DNA from: a virus
Lineage: Duplodnaviria; Caudoviricetes
Reading direction: 5' to 3' (one strand)
Virus record (IMG/VR): IMGVR_UViG_3300032226_000229
Coordinates: 1 to 48,087 of that record
Length of the DNA: 48,087 bases
Shown: positions 1-10,773 of the stretch, piece by piece
How the letters are laid out: each line of letters begins with the position of its first letter
Position numbering within the stretch: position 1 is the first letter of the stretch
Notes under the pieces: model-generated
What the model saw: the letters and a program-made list of their open reading frames with translations, nothing else
Told to the model about the DNA's origin: nothing
Database searches by the model: none
Program-made: the position numbers and the translations under genes

Positions 1-3000
1 TCCAAATAAAGTTTAATTCTTCAGCAAGTCTTAATTGTCTAGATGCTTTATCTTGTTTTAATCCCTTTGCATCAACTTCAGTATACGGCAACATAATTTT
101 GTTGCCGGTTTGTTTTTCCGTTGTTGAAGCAATTGGTGCTGTAGTCGAGTAACTAAGCAATACTGTTTTTGTGTTATCTTTTTTACCTGTTAAGAATTTA
201 TTAGTCGTATCAATAGCACAATCTTTACCATCGCTAGATGTAGATGCTACTGACCATCCTGTAAATGGATCGACAAGAATACCGTTCTTGAATCTATCTA
301 AACCATCATTGTCCAATTCTGTTGTGTCTGTTGCTTGTTTTTCTAAGAAACTTAATGCAGTGAAATACTCAAGTCTTTCGAGTCTTTCATTCATACGTGC
401 AACTTCACGCATTGTAAAACGCTTGTTCTTCAATAGTTTGATTTGAACATCAACTGGCAGAGATGGATATGGCGGAATAGTTAATTCTGCAATTTCTAAC
501 GTATCAGGCTTCGTTGGTGGTGATTCTGCTCGTTGATTGCCAGATTGTGTAGGAACACCATCATTGATACCGAACACACCAGCATTGTTGATGTATACTT
601 TTGAAACTCTACCTTTGTAGTAAATTAAATCTGCGGTTACCGAAGAACTAGTTTCCGGAATACGAAGTCCAAATGTAGGTATTTGATATGTGCCAACATC
701 GATTGGATTCAATGATGTATTTGCAGTTTTGATTGGTCTGAAATCAAGGCAGTCACGAAGTTTAATAATTTTCTTAGTCGTAGGACTAGTAAATGTAGGA
801 ATGTCACCAGTTGTAATTGTAGTATTTGATGACGCATCATCGTCAACTGGATAGGAATTAACTGATGTATATCCAACGCCCTGAGATGTATCGTGCGTGA
901 AGTTGTCAAAGACTACTAACAATCTACCTGTCGGAACATAACCAGTAATTGGTGTAATTGTTCCGTGTTCGTATGCATAGTCACGTTGTCCATTGTCCAA
1001 TACATAATTTGAAGTAACGTTTGTGTTTGCTGTAGTAGCGGCTGTATTAAAATCTGTGGATTGATAAACAGCATGTAATTGATATATGTCACCAACACCT
1101 AAACCAAATGGTCCAGATAACCCCTTAGGGTGTGTATTTGGATTAATGGTTGCTTGTGTTTGAAAACTTAATGTTTTAACTTTTTCTTTTGCATTTGCTC
1201 TGTCCATAGAGACAATAACATCGGCAGTAAATGTTGCATTCTCTTTAACATCAATTGCTACTGTTCCGGGAGACGTAACATTAACTGTTCGTGTGGCTCC
1301 TGAACCACCATTAGCAGAAAGAGATAATACTGTTCCTGTTGGTAGAATCTTTGTGTGTGCAACAGCAGTAGCACCAGCACCATGCGCTGCCGATAAAGTT
1401 AGTGCCGTAGCACTTGCAATAGATGCAATTCTGTGCGTAGTAGTTGATCCAATTTTAATTAGATCACCCACATTATATTGCGTTGTGAATAGTGTGCCGC
1501 TTCCAGTGACAGCAGTAGATGATGCTCCCACAGTAACAGTGCCAGTCAATGCAGAAGTTTCTACATTTGCGCCAGCATTGTTAACAACAACCATATAGGA
1601 ATTATTTTTCTGATCTGCGTTTAATACGCCTGTGCCAACAAACGTTTCGCTAACAACGTCGGTTGCAATAGTAGCGACACCAGTTGTGAATGAAACCGTG
1701 AATTTCTTTTTGAATCTAAAAGCAGTGTCAACATTTTCTGATAAATCACGAACAGTTTTAATTGCTTCATATCCAAATGGAAAAATCATTGTATCAAAAG
1801 ACGTTTCTTGTAAAACAGCACCAGCGGCAGTTGTTACAATATCAGCAAAACGTTTTGGTGTTGCAGAATCAAAAATAGAACGAACGTCTTTAAAATTCTT
1901 TCCTGCACTCATCACAATATCATACAAGTACAAATAATATCTTGCATCAGCAGTGCCTTTATCACCACTCACATATTTAATAGAACGAACTCTTGCAGTG
2001 CCGATTGCACTACCGGCTGCGGTTGCGGTTGAATGCACTAAGTTTGTAATCACTTGTTGTGGTGTATCGTATAGATCAACAGTAGTTGATTCCATAATGT
2101 CCCAGGCACCAACCAACTCTTTAACTTCAATATATTGACCATAGTTAATTTGAGTTGATGTTCCGTTTACATATTCACTGTCTAGACCCTTCTCGACTTG
2201 AATTTGTGTTTTTATAATAATTTGATTTCTATATCCAGAAACATATGATGTGAATGGATCAACTTCAACCACAAGCAAATCTGAGTTGCCGCCTTCAGCA
2301 GAGGTATACACACCAGTGTCATCTCCAGTTGTTGTCAAGTGTTCACGAATGTAAACAATAGGATCAGACAACGTGTAGTTACCAGATTCTTCTTGTGTGC
2401 GTTTTGCTAAAACGTCTTCTAGTTTACTATCAACAGTAATTGATTTTCTTTTTCTAACAACACCATCTTCAATTTCAGTGATTGTGACGAATTCGTTTTC
2501 ATCCGTTGATGCATCTAACGCAATCTTAGTGAGTGTCGTATCAATTTTTAATCTATCTGCACCTGGCGCTTGAAAGTTTGGTGTGCCCTGTGCATTGTCA
2601 ACAAGACTTTGATCTTCAATGTAATCAACAAAAGATTTGTTCGGAACTACTCCAATTTTGTAAGAAGGTTCGTTTGTATACTTATCAAGAATAATTGTTT
2701 GTGTGGAATGTTTAACAAAATGGTCTGCAAGGTATACAACACCCTCAGAAACAGTAATCTTAGAGCCGTAGTTATATATTTGCTGAGTTGCAAGACCTTC
2801 GTCAACAACATTTCTTACTGCATTCGTTGCCGCGGCTAATGCATATGATCTAGATGTTGTGTTTGCAGTGAAGATAGTTTCTGAATTTGCAAATGAAGTA
2901 TTTGCGGTTTGATTTGAAACATTTGTTACGTTAATTGCCTGAATAGCACCAGTGCTTAATACTGTGTTTGCGGTTGTTGCAGTCAATGTTCCAGATGTGT

Positions 3001-3544
3001 TTGAAACAAAGATTCTAATTGCGCCAGAAATTGGATCTGTATAAAATGCTTCAATGGTTGCAGTATTACCTGTCGAGAAAGTAATTGTATTTCCTGATGT
3101 GAGTGTAGACGGCGCAACGTTTACTGTAAGAACTTGCGTTCCATTTGTTGCATAACTAATAAACAATGTTTTTGGATCATCACCATCAACATCAGTAACT
3201 AGTCCACAATATGCTTTGATGCCGCTGTTTGCACCGTAAATTATGCTACCGTCAAAATTCGCAACTGCAACTGTGTTACTATTGTAAGTAGGTTGAAGTT
3301 TGACGAAACTCAAATTTAAATCTAAATTCTGTTCACACCCGTCAACTAATGAGCCTTGCTTGAAAAAATATTCAGCAAAGCGTTTAGTCTGCACTTGTTG
3401 AAGAGTTTGTGCTTGTGTAAGTTCTCTAGCCTGAACAGCACGTCCAGGGCGATAGAGAACTTTTACAAACTTTTTATCTTCATCATAATCATCAAAGTAT
3501 GGACTGGTATTTAAATCTAAACCACCAGGATATGTATTTGCCAT
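1..3544 (-). CDS. Large virion structural protein, VrlC/DUF4815-like (partial; 3' end runs off the window start)
   Basis: Not in the ORF track. ATG at 3544 reads MANTYPGGLDLNTSPYFDDYDEDKKFVKVLYRPGRAVQARELTQAQTLQQ, the typical N-terminus of this family. Follows gp8. Confidence 0.8.
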   Translation of the reverse strand, partial: MANTYPGGLDLNTSPYFDDYDEDKKFVKVLYRPGRAVQARELTQAQTLQQVQTKRFAEYFFKQGSLVDGCEQNLDLNLSFVKLQPTYNSNTVAVANFDGSIIYGANSGIKAYCGLVTDVDGDDPKTLFISYATNGTQVLTVNVAPSTLTSGNTITFSTGNTATIEAFYTDPISGAIRIFVSNTSGTLTATTANTVLSTGAIQAINVTNVSNQTANTSFANSETIFTANTTSRSYALAAATNAVRNVVDEGLATQQIYNYGSKITVSEGVVYLADHFVKHSTQTIILDKYTNEPSYKIGVVPNKSFVDYIEDQSLVDNAQGTPNFQAPGADRLKIDTTLTKIALDASTDENEFVTITEIEDGVVRKRKSITVDSKLEDVLAKRTQEESGNYTLSDPIVYIREHLTTTGDDTGVYTSAEGGNSDLLVVEVDPFTSYVSGYRNQIIIKTQIQVEKGLDSEYVNGTSTQINYGQYIEVKELVGAWDIMESTTVDLYDTPQQVITNLVHSTATAAGSAIGTARVRSIKYVSGDKGTADARYYLYLYDIVMSAGKNFKDVRSIFDSATPKRFADIVTTAAGAVLQETSFDTMIFPFGYEAIKTVRDLSENVDTAFRFKKKFTVSFTTGVATIATDVVSETFVGTGVLNADQKNNSYMVVVNNAGANVETSALTGTVTVGASSTAVTGSGTLFTTQYNVGDLIKIGSTTTHRIASIASATALTLSAAHGAGATAVAHTKILPTGTVLSLSANGGSGATRTVNVTSPGTVAIDVKENATFTADVIVSMDRANAKEKVKTLSFQTQATINPNTHPKGLSGPFGLGVGDIYQLHAVYQSTDFNTAATTANTNVTSNYVLDNGQRDYAYEHGTITPITGYVPTGRLLVVFDNFTHDTSQGVGYTSVNSYPVDDDASSNTTITTGDIPTFTSPTTKKIIKLRDCLDFRPIKTANTSLNPIDVGTYQIPTFGLRIPETSSSVTADLIYYKGRVSKVYINNAGVFGINDGVPTQSGNQRAESPPTKPDTLEIAELTIPPYPSLPVDVQIKLLKNKRFTMREVARMNERLERLEYFTALSFLEKQATDTTELDNDGLDRFKNGILVDPFTGWSVASTSSDGKDCAIDTTNKFLTGKKDNTKTVLLSYSTTAPIASTTEKQTGNKIMLPYTEVDAKGLKQDKASRQLRLAEELNFIW

Positions 3545-3573
3545 TTATTTTTCAAACCTACGTTTTTTTTAAA

Positions 3574-4851
3574 TTAGAATTGAATGATTAGTTTAACGTC
3601 TTCAATTTGGTCATCCGCTCTAGAAATTGGCACACGATTTTCAACATAGATAATGTCGCCGCTGTATGGCTGTAAACCTGGAGTTGTGATAGCCGCAATT
3701 GTTCCAGTCGCACCAGATGTTCCACCAGTTACGCTTGCTGTGTTAGCAAATGGTAAGTGTACTGGTAGCGTAGTAAACAAGTTCGGTGTTGTAAATTCAA
3801 CAGCAGATGCTGTGTTTGAACCGCTAGTGATAGTTTCGTCTAGTGTGAACGTGCCAGATATTGAAGACAATTGATACTTGAATGATTGTCTAAAAGAAGA
3901 AGCAACCGCTCTTGTAGTTGTGCCATACAAATATGGATCACGAACAATACCAACTTGACGGAATTCATTAGCTGTAGAGAATGTATTAGATTCAGTACCA
4001 TCCAAACGAACGTTCAACATGATGAACTTACCACCAAGTTCTTCAACTGCGTTAGAACCATGTCCACCTTTTGGTGAAATGATTGCTGTAGCGGCAGCGG
4101 CACCAGATGCAAACGCAACGGATGCTCTTGTGTATCCTGTACCTGCGTTAGTAATTGTAACTGCTGTAACCGTATTAGCAACAATTGTTGAGTTAGCTGT
4201 AGCGCCTGTGCCATCGCCAGTAATAGTGACTGCTGGTGCAGTAGCATATCCAGAACCACCTGATGTTACTTTAATAACGTGAATACCGCCGTCAACTGCG
4301 GCCGTTTGAACATCCCATTGGTCTGAACCATCATCCGAAGTAAGTGTTTGCACTGGAATGTAATCATTCGTCAAAAACTTCAACGCTTTGGCAGTCGTAA
4401 CTGTATACATGTATTTCCAAACATATCCGTCGGCTGTCGTAAATGGTGATGTGCTTACGCCTGTTGGTTTTGTTGTTGACGCTGTTGCGCCGGCATTGTT
4501 TAAGACTTTATAAACATTATAGTCTTCAGTCATAACGTAGAAGTCATCATCCATCAAATCTGTGTCTGTATCGTCATACCTGTCATAAACTGTACCTGAA
4601 GCCCAGTCATAACGCTCAATTGCGTGTGTTACGTCTGATGTGGTAATGCGTTTTGCGGCATACATATCACGCCATGGGGTAAATTCAATATTTGCTGTTG
4701 AGTTTACTGGTGTTGGCGGTACATTGTCGTTTGGAAATGCAGTATTTTTTCCAATAAACAAGTACATGATAGTATTTGATGTTTCAGAAAATGCTTCTGC
4801 AAATTGTTCTGCATTGTGTACTCTAAATTTTGTGGTTACAATTGATGCCAT
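3574..4851 (-). CDS. gp8: Baseplate wedge subunit gp8
   Basis: FYVMTEDYNVYKVLNN, DGYVWKYMYT, GGHGSNAVEELG and C-terminal SGDIIYVENRVPISRADDQIEDVKLIIQF motifs; synteny. Confidence 0.88.
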   Translation of the reverse strand: MASIVTTKFRVHNAEQFAEAFSETSNTIMYLFIGKNTAFPNDNVPPTPVNSTANIEFTPWRDMYAAKRITTSDVTHAIERYDWASGTVYDRYDDTDTDLMDDDFYVMTEDYNVYKVLNNAGATASTTKPTGVSTSPFTTADGYVWKYMYTVTTAKALKFLTNDYIPVQTLTSDDGSDQWDVQTAAVDGGIHVIKVTSGGSGYATAPAVTITGDGTGATANSTIVANTVTAVTITNAGTGYTRASVAFASGAAAATAIISPKGGHGSNAVEELGGKFIMLNVRLDGTESNTFSTANEFRQVGIVRDPYLYGTTTRAVASSFRQSFKYQLSSISGTFTLDETITSGSNTASAVEFTTPNLFTTLPVHLPFANTASVTGGTSGATGTIAAITTPGLQPYSGDIIYVENRVPISRADDQIEDVKLIIQF

Positions 4852-4900
4852 TAGATGTTCTCCCTTTGAGTGATTTGATTAAATTTGTTTTTCATCTACT

Positions 4901-4908
4901 TATTTATA
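4901..4908 (-). promoter_or_regulatory. T4-type late promoter TATAAATA upstream of gp8
   Basis: Exact TATAAATA on the minus strand, about 50 nt upstream of the gp8 ATG. Confidence 0.75.
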
Positions 4909-4925
4909 CAAAGTTTTTTGAAATT

Positions 4926-7900
4926 TTACGGATTTATTTTATATGCAACAACATTAGTGAATGGTGTTATTGGACTTCTATCTATAACCAAGTTTGTTGC
5001 ACCAAAAACTGCTTGGACTATGAAATATTCATTATTGGCAACAAATACGTCACCACCGCTAAAATCTGCAATAAAATTAGTTCCCGTGCCAACAATAACC
5101 GGTGCAGTTGCGTCAAATTGAACGTTATCAATTGAACTAATAGGAACGTTTTCAAATGCGGAAAGCGTATATGTTGAATAATCTTGTACAGTTGAAGTAA
5201 CTGTGCCAGATATTTGTTGGTACGATATATATGTTGTGTTGGCAGCTTCTAAATTATTTGGTATTTCTTGAGGCGCAAAACTTACAACATATTCTTGAAC
5301 ACTTAAATTGGCGTTAACATCAATAAAAGAATTTTCTGGCGTCAAGACCAATTCTGTGACACTTGCCACTACAGAGGTGTCAATAGTGATAACTGGTACT
5401 TGTATAACAAATGAATTTTCTGCTATTGAAACTTCTGATGTTTCTTCTAACACTAACTTTAATTCTAGTGTATTCTGTGGCAGATTGGCGTTAACATCAA
5501 TAAAAGATTTTTCTGGCGATAAAACTACCTCGGTGACACCTGGTATTACAGAAGTGTCAATAGTGATATCTGGCACTTTTATAACAAATGTATTTTCTGC
5601 TATTGATGATGAAGTGTCAATAATGCTTTCTATGTATATAACGTCTATTGATGTTGAAGATGTTGTGATTATACATTCTGTTGTATAATTCATAAATCCT
5701 AATGAAGAGATTAGGACAGAATATTCTTGATTTAAAGAAGACATTGCGACACTTACAACATCAGGAGTTTTGTCTATTAGCGAATATACAGATTGACGTG
5801 GTGGATTTTCATGATAGAAATCACCAAATGCAATGAACTCTAATGTTCCAATTGTTGTATTGACCCAATCTTCATCAAATACGCCAAAAGATAACATAGG
5901 TATATCTTCATATGTAATTCCATAACCTGAAAATACATTTGTGTATGATATAACTAATTTTGATGCAGGCAATGATGCTGAAGATGAAGTTATGTCAATT
6001 TCACTATCAATTTGCATACCATATGAAATATCTGCTATTGAAACATTTGATGTTTCTTCTGACACCAACTCTAACTTTGTTACACTGTCTAACAGGTTTG
6101 CATTAACATCAATAAAAGATTTTTCTGGCGATAAAAGCAATTCTGTTATAGTTGTCACAGAAGTGTCAATGGTGTCAACTGGCACTTTTATAACAAATGT
6201 ATTTTCTGCTATTGAAACCTCTGATGTTTCTCCAGTTGATAACTCTAGTATTACAACATACTCTTGAACATTCAACAAATTCGTACTGGTGTCGATAAGT
6301 GGTGAATGGACTTTAAGCGTCATGCTGATATTAGAATATTCATACTGGCCACCTACAGTGAGATGCGTAAATATTCTAACAAGCATTCTTTGAATATTTT
6401 CAACTAAACTTGAAGTACCATCAAGTTCACTAAGAATTTGAATTTCACCAAAATTTAGCAAACCAGCAGGATGAATAATAGATTTTAGTGTGTCTGAATA
6501 TGTTTCAAACGCTAAACCACTCTTAATAACATATGAGTAGTCTTGATAGTAATATGAGTCTTGAATAATCTTGTTATCAATTTTACCATCATCATCTAAC
6601 CAAACGCCCTCTTTAATTCCTAAGCCAGAAATAATAGGTATTAGATTTGCATTGCCATCACCGACTGTATTTGCGGTTGCATTTGCTGTGCTGTAGTTGA
6701 TACCAAAATTTGTAATTTGAACTGCACGAATCGAACCAATACCCGTGATGTTATTTGATGTGTCAACAGTAACGTTTGCGCTTTTGCCTTGAATATTTGT
6801 TGCTACTAAATTTGCACTTGCGCCAGTTGTTGTAGTGATTGAAATTGAAGGTAAATTTGCTGAAGTATATCCAGTGCCGAAATTTGTCAATTCAATACGT
6901 TTAATTGGACCTTTTACTAACCAGTCTTCATTTTTAATAATGTCATAGTAACTACCATCAGCTTTCATCTGAAAGCCATCTTCAAATAACAGATCGAATG
7001 TTGTGGTTTCTGTAACAGATGCAATTTGGCCAGCGGCGTTTGCACCAGAGCCACCAGTAAACACCAATGTGTTTCCGACACCATAGTTAGAACCAGCATT
7101 GACAATTGTAATTAAGTTATTTGATAATAATCCTAAAGATGCAATTGTTGTGTCTTGTAGTGTGACAGAAGGTTTCTTAAAATATCCTTCACCTCTATTG
7201 AGAATAGATACTCCAGAAATTTCACCAACAGTATATGTGTTTGCGCCAGAAGTTACGCTGTATGTATTCGCAAGCGCAGTGACTTGAACAAGAAATCCAC
7301 TACCACCAGTTCCGCTATTGTCAATGGTTGCGTTAGTGTTTAATTGATATCCATGTCCAACTGTATTTACTTGCAATGCAGTAATTGGAGATTCTTTAAT
7401 CGATGAAACTCTAGCTTGTGCCTCTGAGCCATTACCAGTAATCGTGATGATATCGCCGTCTTCATATCCAGAACCACCATCAACAATTGTGACACCCGAT
7501 ACAATACCATAAATTGTTGTAGATAAATCTTCATCATCAATATCAACAATGTCTTCACCTGCGGCAAATGTTCCACTCACAAGTTTGAGTGTCATCTCAG
7601 CTATTTCTACCGAACCAATAAAGAATTTTTTAATATCAACTACGTTTGCAAGAACATTAGAAGTTTGCCCACGAATAGTCTTATTCAAAAATAAGAAGAT
7701 ATCTCTATTGTCGGCAGATACAGCAATCGTTCTGATGACTTGTGTTTTTTCAAAGTTACCATCAGATATACGGAGAATATCTTCTCCAGGATAATAAAAA
7801 TCAATGTTTTCATCATATAAAAGTTTGAACAAGAATCTGTAAGACTGCTCATTACTTTTAGATTCAAAAAAATCTTTAAAGTATTGTGCAACTAATTGTT

Positions 7901-8351
7901 TATCACCATAATATGTTGCAGGTATGCTAGGATATAATTCTTCTCTAAGATAATCAACATACTCATCAACGGAAGTTTCAAGATTTTTATAGTTTAAAAT
8001 ATTTCCTGATGCACGACCAACGTTATCTTTAATTATACTGATTGTTGCAGTAGCACCAGAAGTCTGACCAGTAACAGTTTCAGCATATGCAAATACAGTT
8101 CTTGATGTTGGCGCAATTACAATAGAGTTTGTTTTAACTTCCTTGATTGTGGCTAATGCGCCAGAAGTTGCGCCGACAACAGTTTCACCAACAACAAACG
8201 TTCCAGTTTTATTGCTTAGTGATAATGTTGTAGATTGCATCCATTCGTAGTATGCTTTCATAAACAGCAAAAATCTTTCCGTATTAACGGAAGAATTTTC
8301 ACCAATAAATGATTCTACATTTAATGAGGGCTTGAAAACTGCATCATTCAT
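4926..8351 (-). CDS. gp7: Baseplate wedge initiator, gp7-like (1141 aa) with C-terminal repeats
   Basis: FLLFMKAYYEWM, SYRFLFKLLY, IQDSYYYQDYSYVIKS and IIHPAGL motifs; lies between gp6 and gp8. Confidence 0.7.
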   Translation of the reverse strand: MNDAVFKPSLNVESFIGENSSVNTERFLLFMKAYYEWMQSTTLSLSNKTGTFVVGETVVGATSGALATIKEVKTNSIVIAPTSRTVFAYAETVTGQTSGATATISIIKDNVGRASGNILNYKNLETSVDEYVDYLREELYPSIPATYYGDKQLVAQYFKDFFESKSNEQSYRFLFKLLYDENIDFYYPGEDILRISDGNFEKTQVIRTIAVSADNRDIFLFLNKTIRGQTSNVLANVVDIKKFFIGSVEIAEMTLKLVSGTFAAGEDIVDIDDEDLSTTIYGIVSGVTIVDGGSGYEDGDIITITGNGSEAQARVSSIKESPITALQVNTVGHGYQLNTNATIDNSGTGGSGFLVQVTALANTYSVTSGANTYTVGEISGVSILNRGEGYFKKPSVTLQDTTIASLGLLSNNLITIVNAGSNYGVGNTLVFTGGSGANAAGQIASVTETTTFDLLFEDGFQMKADGSYYDIIKNEDWLVKGPIKRIELTNFGTGYTSANLPSISITTTTGASANLVATNIQGKSANVTVDTSNNITGIGSIRAVQITNFGINYSTANATANTVGDGNANLIPIISGLGIKEGVWLDDDGKIDNKIIQDSYYYQDYSYVIKSGLAFETYSDTLKSIIHPAGLLNFGEIQILSELDGTSSLVENIQRMLVRIFTHLTVGGQYEYSNISMTLKVHSPLIDTSTNLLNVQEYVVILELSTGETSEVSIAENTFVIKVPVDTIDTSVTTITELLLSPEKSFIDVNANLLDSVTKLELVSEETSNVSIADISYGMQIDSEIDITSSSASLPASKLVISYTNVFSGYGITYEDIPMLSFGVFDEDWVNTTIGTLEFIAFGDFYHENPPRQSVYSLIDKTPDVVSVAMSSLNQEYSVLISSLGFMNYTTECIITTSSTSIDVIYIESIIDTSSSIAENTFVIKVPDITIDTSVIPGVTEVVLSPEKSFIDVNANLPQNTLELKLVLEETSEVSIAENSFVIQVPVITIDTSVVASVTELVLTPENSFIDVNANLSVQEYVVSFAPQEIPNNLEAANTTYISYQQISGTVTSTVQDYSTYTLSAFENVPISSIDNVQFDATAPVIVGTGTNFIADFSGGDVFVANNEYFIVQAVFGATNLVIDRSPITPFTNVVAYKINP
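5283..6300 (-). repeat. Three imperfect ~45-aa repeats plus fragments inside the gp7-like gene
   Basis: SIAEN(T/S)FVI(K/Q)VP..TIDTSV....TE..L(S/T)PE(K/N)SFIDVNANL three times; DNA ttaacatcaataaaaga recurs near 5314, 5491 and 6103. Confidence 0.85.
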
Positions 8352-8354
8352 TTT

Positions 8355-10172
8355 TTATCTGCTAACTAAACTAATTGATTTATCGTCAACCATTGTGACT
8401 GATATATCAGCATCTCTGATTGTAATAATCTGACCTCTCAACGGAAGAATATCTTTGTCTTGCGGCACCGCAGTCATTTTTAATGTTGTACCACCATCAT
8501 TAAATGATGTTGGCGCAAAACTTGTCAAAACAATCTTACCAGTTGTATAGTCAATTGTTCCTGCATTATTTGACACTGTAATGTTTTCGATACCCGATAC
8601 TCTGTAAATACGAATTATTCCATTGTTGTCTTCTAAAAAACAATTTGAAAATCCACCAAAAGTAAATGCATTTGATGTGACTTTATTACCCACACCATTT
8701 GGATGCGTTGCTGGTCTACCATTTGTTGCATTGTCTATTCGGTTTGAAAAATTAATTTCATATCTTGTGCCAATGCCCAACTGAACATCAAGTTCTTTTC
8801 TCATTTGTGCTGTAGTTAGGCTACTTAAGATTGATCTTTCAGAAACGTCAATTAGTCTAGATAATTTAGAATATCTAAAATATTTGGAAAATTGATTGAT
8901 CTCATTTGTATTGTACGTTTTAATTGTATCAATTACAAGTTGTTTAATTTCAGCAGAAGTTGATATTGTTGCATCAGATTGATACTTCACAGTCGCATCA
9001 ACAATAATAAATATATACTCGGGGTCAACAATTTCTGTAGAAATAGTTAAAACTTTTTTAGGTTTAATTACAGAATTGATTAAATTGAGTTTTTCTGTTG
9101 CAGTTAGCACATCGCCTGTTGTTGGTTTAATTGCAATAAATACTTTTCCAAATGTTGGTGGATCATTATCTTCACCACCCCACACAACGCAAGAATCTAC
9201 TGTTGCTTGCTGTAACATTAGAGTTTTATAGTCATCTGCTGTTACCACACGATTTTGTGCTTCATATGCTTTTGGTGCATTGAATTTAATTTGATTGATT
9301 GTTTCTCTGTCAGAACCACCAGATGCTGGAGCAGATGAAACAAAATTAATTGTTGTCACGCCTGCAATAGCATCTGCATATGTCAATGATTCAATATCAT
9401 TGGCCGAAGAACCATTAGATACAAGATACTCAAGAACAACAATGTTGCCTGCATCTAACGCTACACCAAAAACACCATCGCCAAATTTAATTTCGAATTG
9501 ACCATCTTCAGCTTCTTCAATATAATAAACTCTAGTTGTAGAAGTAACTTCAACTAAATTAGTAACTTTTGAAAATGTTCGTGTTGTGCTGTCAACTGAA
9601 GAATTTAAAACGCTAACAGTCAATGTTGATGTGTCAACAGTTGTGTTTGGAATTAAAAATCTTTGATCCGAATCATTCAGATTTACCGTATATCTTCTGT
9701 TAATATATCTTCCCTCTTTGAGAGTCATTGTTGCGCTATAAACGCCAGAGACTGGTGCGATAATAACCGAACTTGTATTTAAGAAGTTGTGTGTGATACC
9801 ATCAACAGATCCTGTGAAAGATGTATATGCTGGAATAGTTATACTCACTGGAGAACTGGTAAGCGTCAATGTTGCAGTTCCACTAATAGTTGCAGATGTG
9901 ACTGAACGTGGTGTATAGTTTAGAGACTTTGCTAAGTTAACAACAGAATTTCTTTTTTGTGCTGTTGGCAAGAATGCTTCAGCGGCTACCATGTTTAGGT
10001 AGAATGAATTATAGTATGTATTATACGCTAACAAGTCAAGCAAAACGTTAAGTCCAGAACCCTCAAAGTTATAATCTCTGAATTGATCCTGTGCTTGCAA
10101 ATAAGATTTAAAGTTAGTTTTGATTCCTTGAAAATCTAATGCATCTAGTTTTAAATTATTATCGGATGCCAT
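8355..10172 (-). CDS. gp6: Baseplate wedge subunit gp6
   Basis: LDFQGIKTNFKSYL..FRDYNFEGSGLNVLLDLLAYNTYYNSFY and AQNRVVTADDY motifs. Confidence 0.92.
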   Translation of the reverse strand: MASDNNLKLDALDFQGIKTNFKSYLQAQDQFRDYNFEGSGLNVLLDLLAYNTYYNSFYLNMVAAEAFLPTAQKRNSVVNLAKSLNYTPRSVTSATISGTATLTLTSSPVSITIPAYTSFTGSVDGITHNFLNTSSVIIAPVSGVYSATMTLKEGRYINRRYTVNLNDSDQRFLIPNTTVDTSTLTVSVLNSSVDSTTRTFSKVTNLVEVTSTTRVYYIEEAEDGQFEIKFGDGVFGVALDAGNIVVLEYLVSNGSSANDIESLTYADAIAGVTTINFVSSAPASGGSDRETINQIKFNAPKAYEAQNRVVTADDYKTLMLQQATVDSCVVWGGEDNDPPTFGKVFIAIKPTTGDVLTATEKLNLINSVIKPKKVLTISTEIVDPEYIFIIVDATVKYQSDATISTSAEIKQLVIDTIKTYNTNEINQFSKYFRYSKLSRLIDVSERSILSSLTTAQMRKELDVQLGIGTRYEINFSNRIDNATNGRPATHPNGVGNKVTSNAFTFGGFSNCFLEDNNGIIRIYRVSGIENITVSNNAGTIDYTTGKIVLTSFAPTSFNDGGTTLKMTAVPQDKDILPLRGQIITIRDADISVTMVDDKSISLVSR

Positions 10173-10555
10173 TATGCTGTCCTTTTGACTGTTGTCGTTA
10201 TACTTGAAATTATACTCGTATTTTTTATTCTATATTTAATTTGTAAAGAAACTCCGTCATCAGTAAACGTAGGTTCAACTTCAATAACATCAATTCTAGA
10301 TTCGTAGCTTGTGAGTGCTTCATACACACTATCTTTCATACTACTTTTAGTAAAAACATCTGGATTAGAAAATAAAAAATTAGAAATCGTGCATCCATAT
10401 TCAGGATAAAATGGCTTTCTACCCCTAGGAGTTGTAATCAGATTTATTATTGAACGTTTAATGGCTAAATCATCTAGAATAGGACGAACGTCACCACTCA
10501 CAGGATGAGGGGTGAAATCTAATGAAAGGTCTTTGTAAAAATTTAAAGTAGCCAT
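10172..10555 (-). CDS. gp25: Baseplate wedge subunit gp25
   Basis: YKDLSLDFTPHPVSGDV..AIKRSIINLITTPRGRKPFYPEYGC..YESRI. Confidence 0.9.
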   Translation of the reverse strand: MATLNFYKDLSLDFTPHPVSGDVRPILDDLAIKRSIINLITTPRGRKPFYPEYGCTISNFLFSNPDVFTKSSMKDSVYEALTSYESRIDVIEVEPTFTDDGVSLQIKYRIKNTSIISSITTTVKRTA

Positions 10556-10564
10556 TTTTTCTTT

Positions 10565-10572
10565 TATTTATA
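10565..10572 (-). promoter_or_regulatory. T4-type late promoter TATAAATA upstream of gp25
   Basis: Exact motif 9 nt upstream of the gp25 ATG. Confidence 0.7.
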
Positions 10573-10576
10573 TCTG

Positions 10577-10753
10577 TTATTCTGCCGTTTTAACGTCTTG
10601 GATTTCTTTTCTGCGTTCTTTAGCCGCTTTTGTGAACTCTGCTAGTGCTTTTCTTGCTCTAGTACCAGCGGCTTTGTTGCCTTTTTCATCAAACTTTGCA
10701 TTCTCCGCAAGATATGATTCAAATAAATTTACTAAGTTTTCGTGATTTGTCAT
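10577..10753 (-). CDS. Histone H1-like (Hc1-family) small basic protein, 58 aa
   Basis: EKGNKAAGTRARKAL motif typical of the Hc1-like family; AAGGA RBS before ATG at 10753. Confidence 0.7.
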   Translation of the reverse strand: MTNHENLVNLFESYLAENAKFDEKGNKAAGTRARKALAEFTKAAKERRKEIQDVKTAE

Positions 10754-10773
10754 TATTATTTCCTTATAAAATG

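Noticed and set aside
171-9501. Many plus-strand and off-frame ORFs of 60-126 aa in the ORF track
   Set aside because: They are antisense or frame shadows of the long minus-strand structural genes, with no RBS or recognisable motifs. The same applies to the minus-strand shadows in 18840-23210 and plus-strand shadows after 24 kb.
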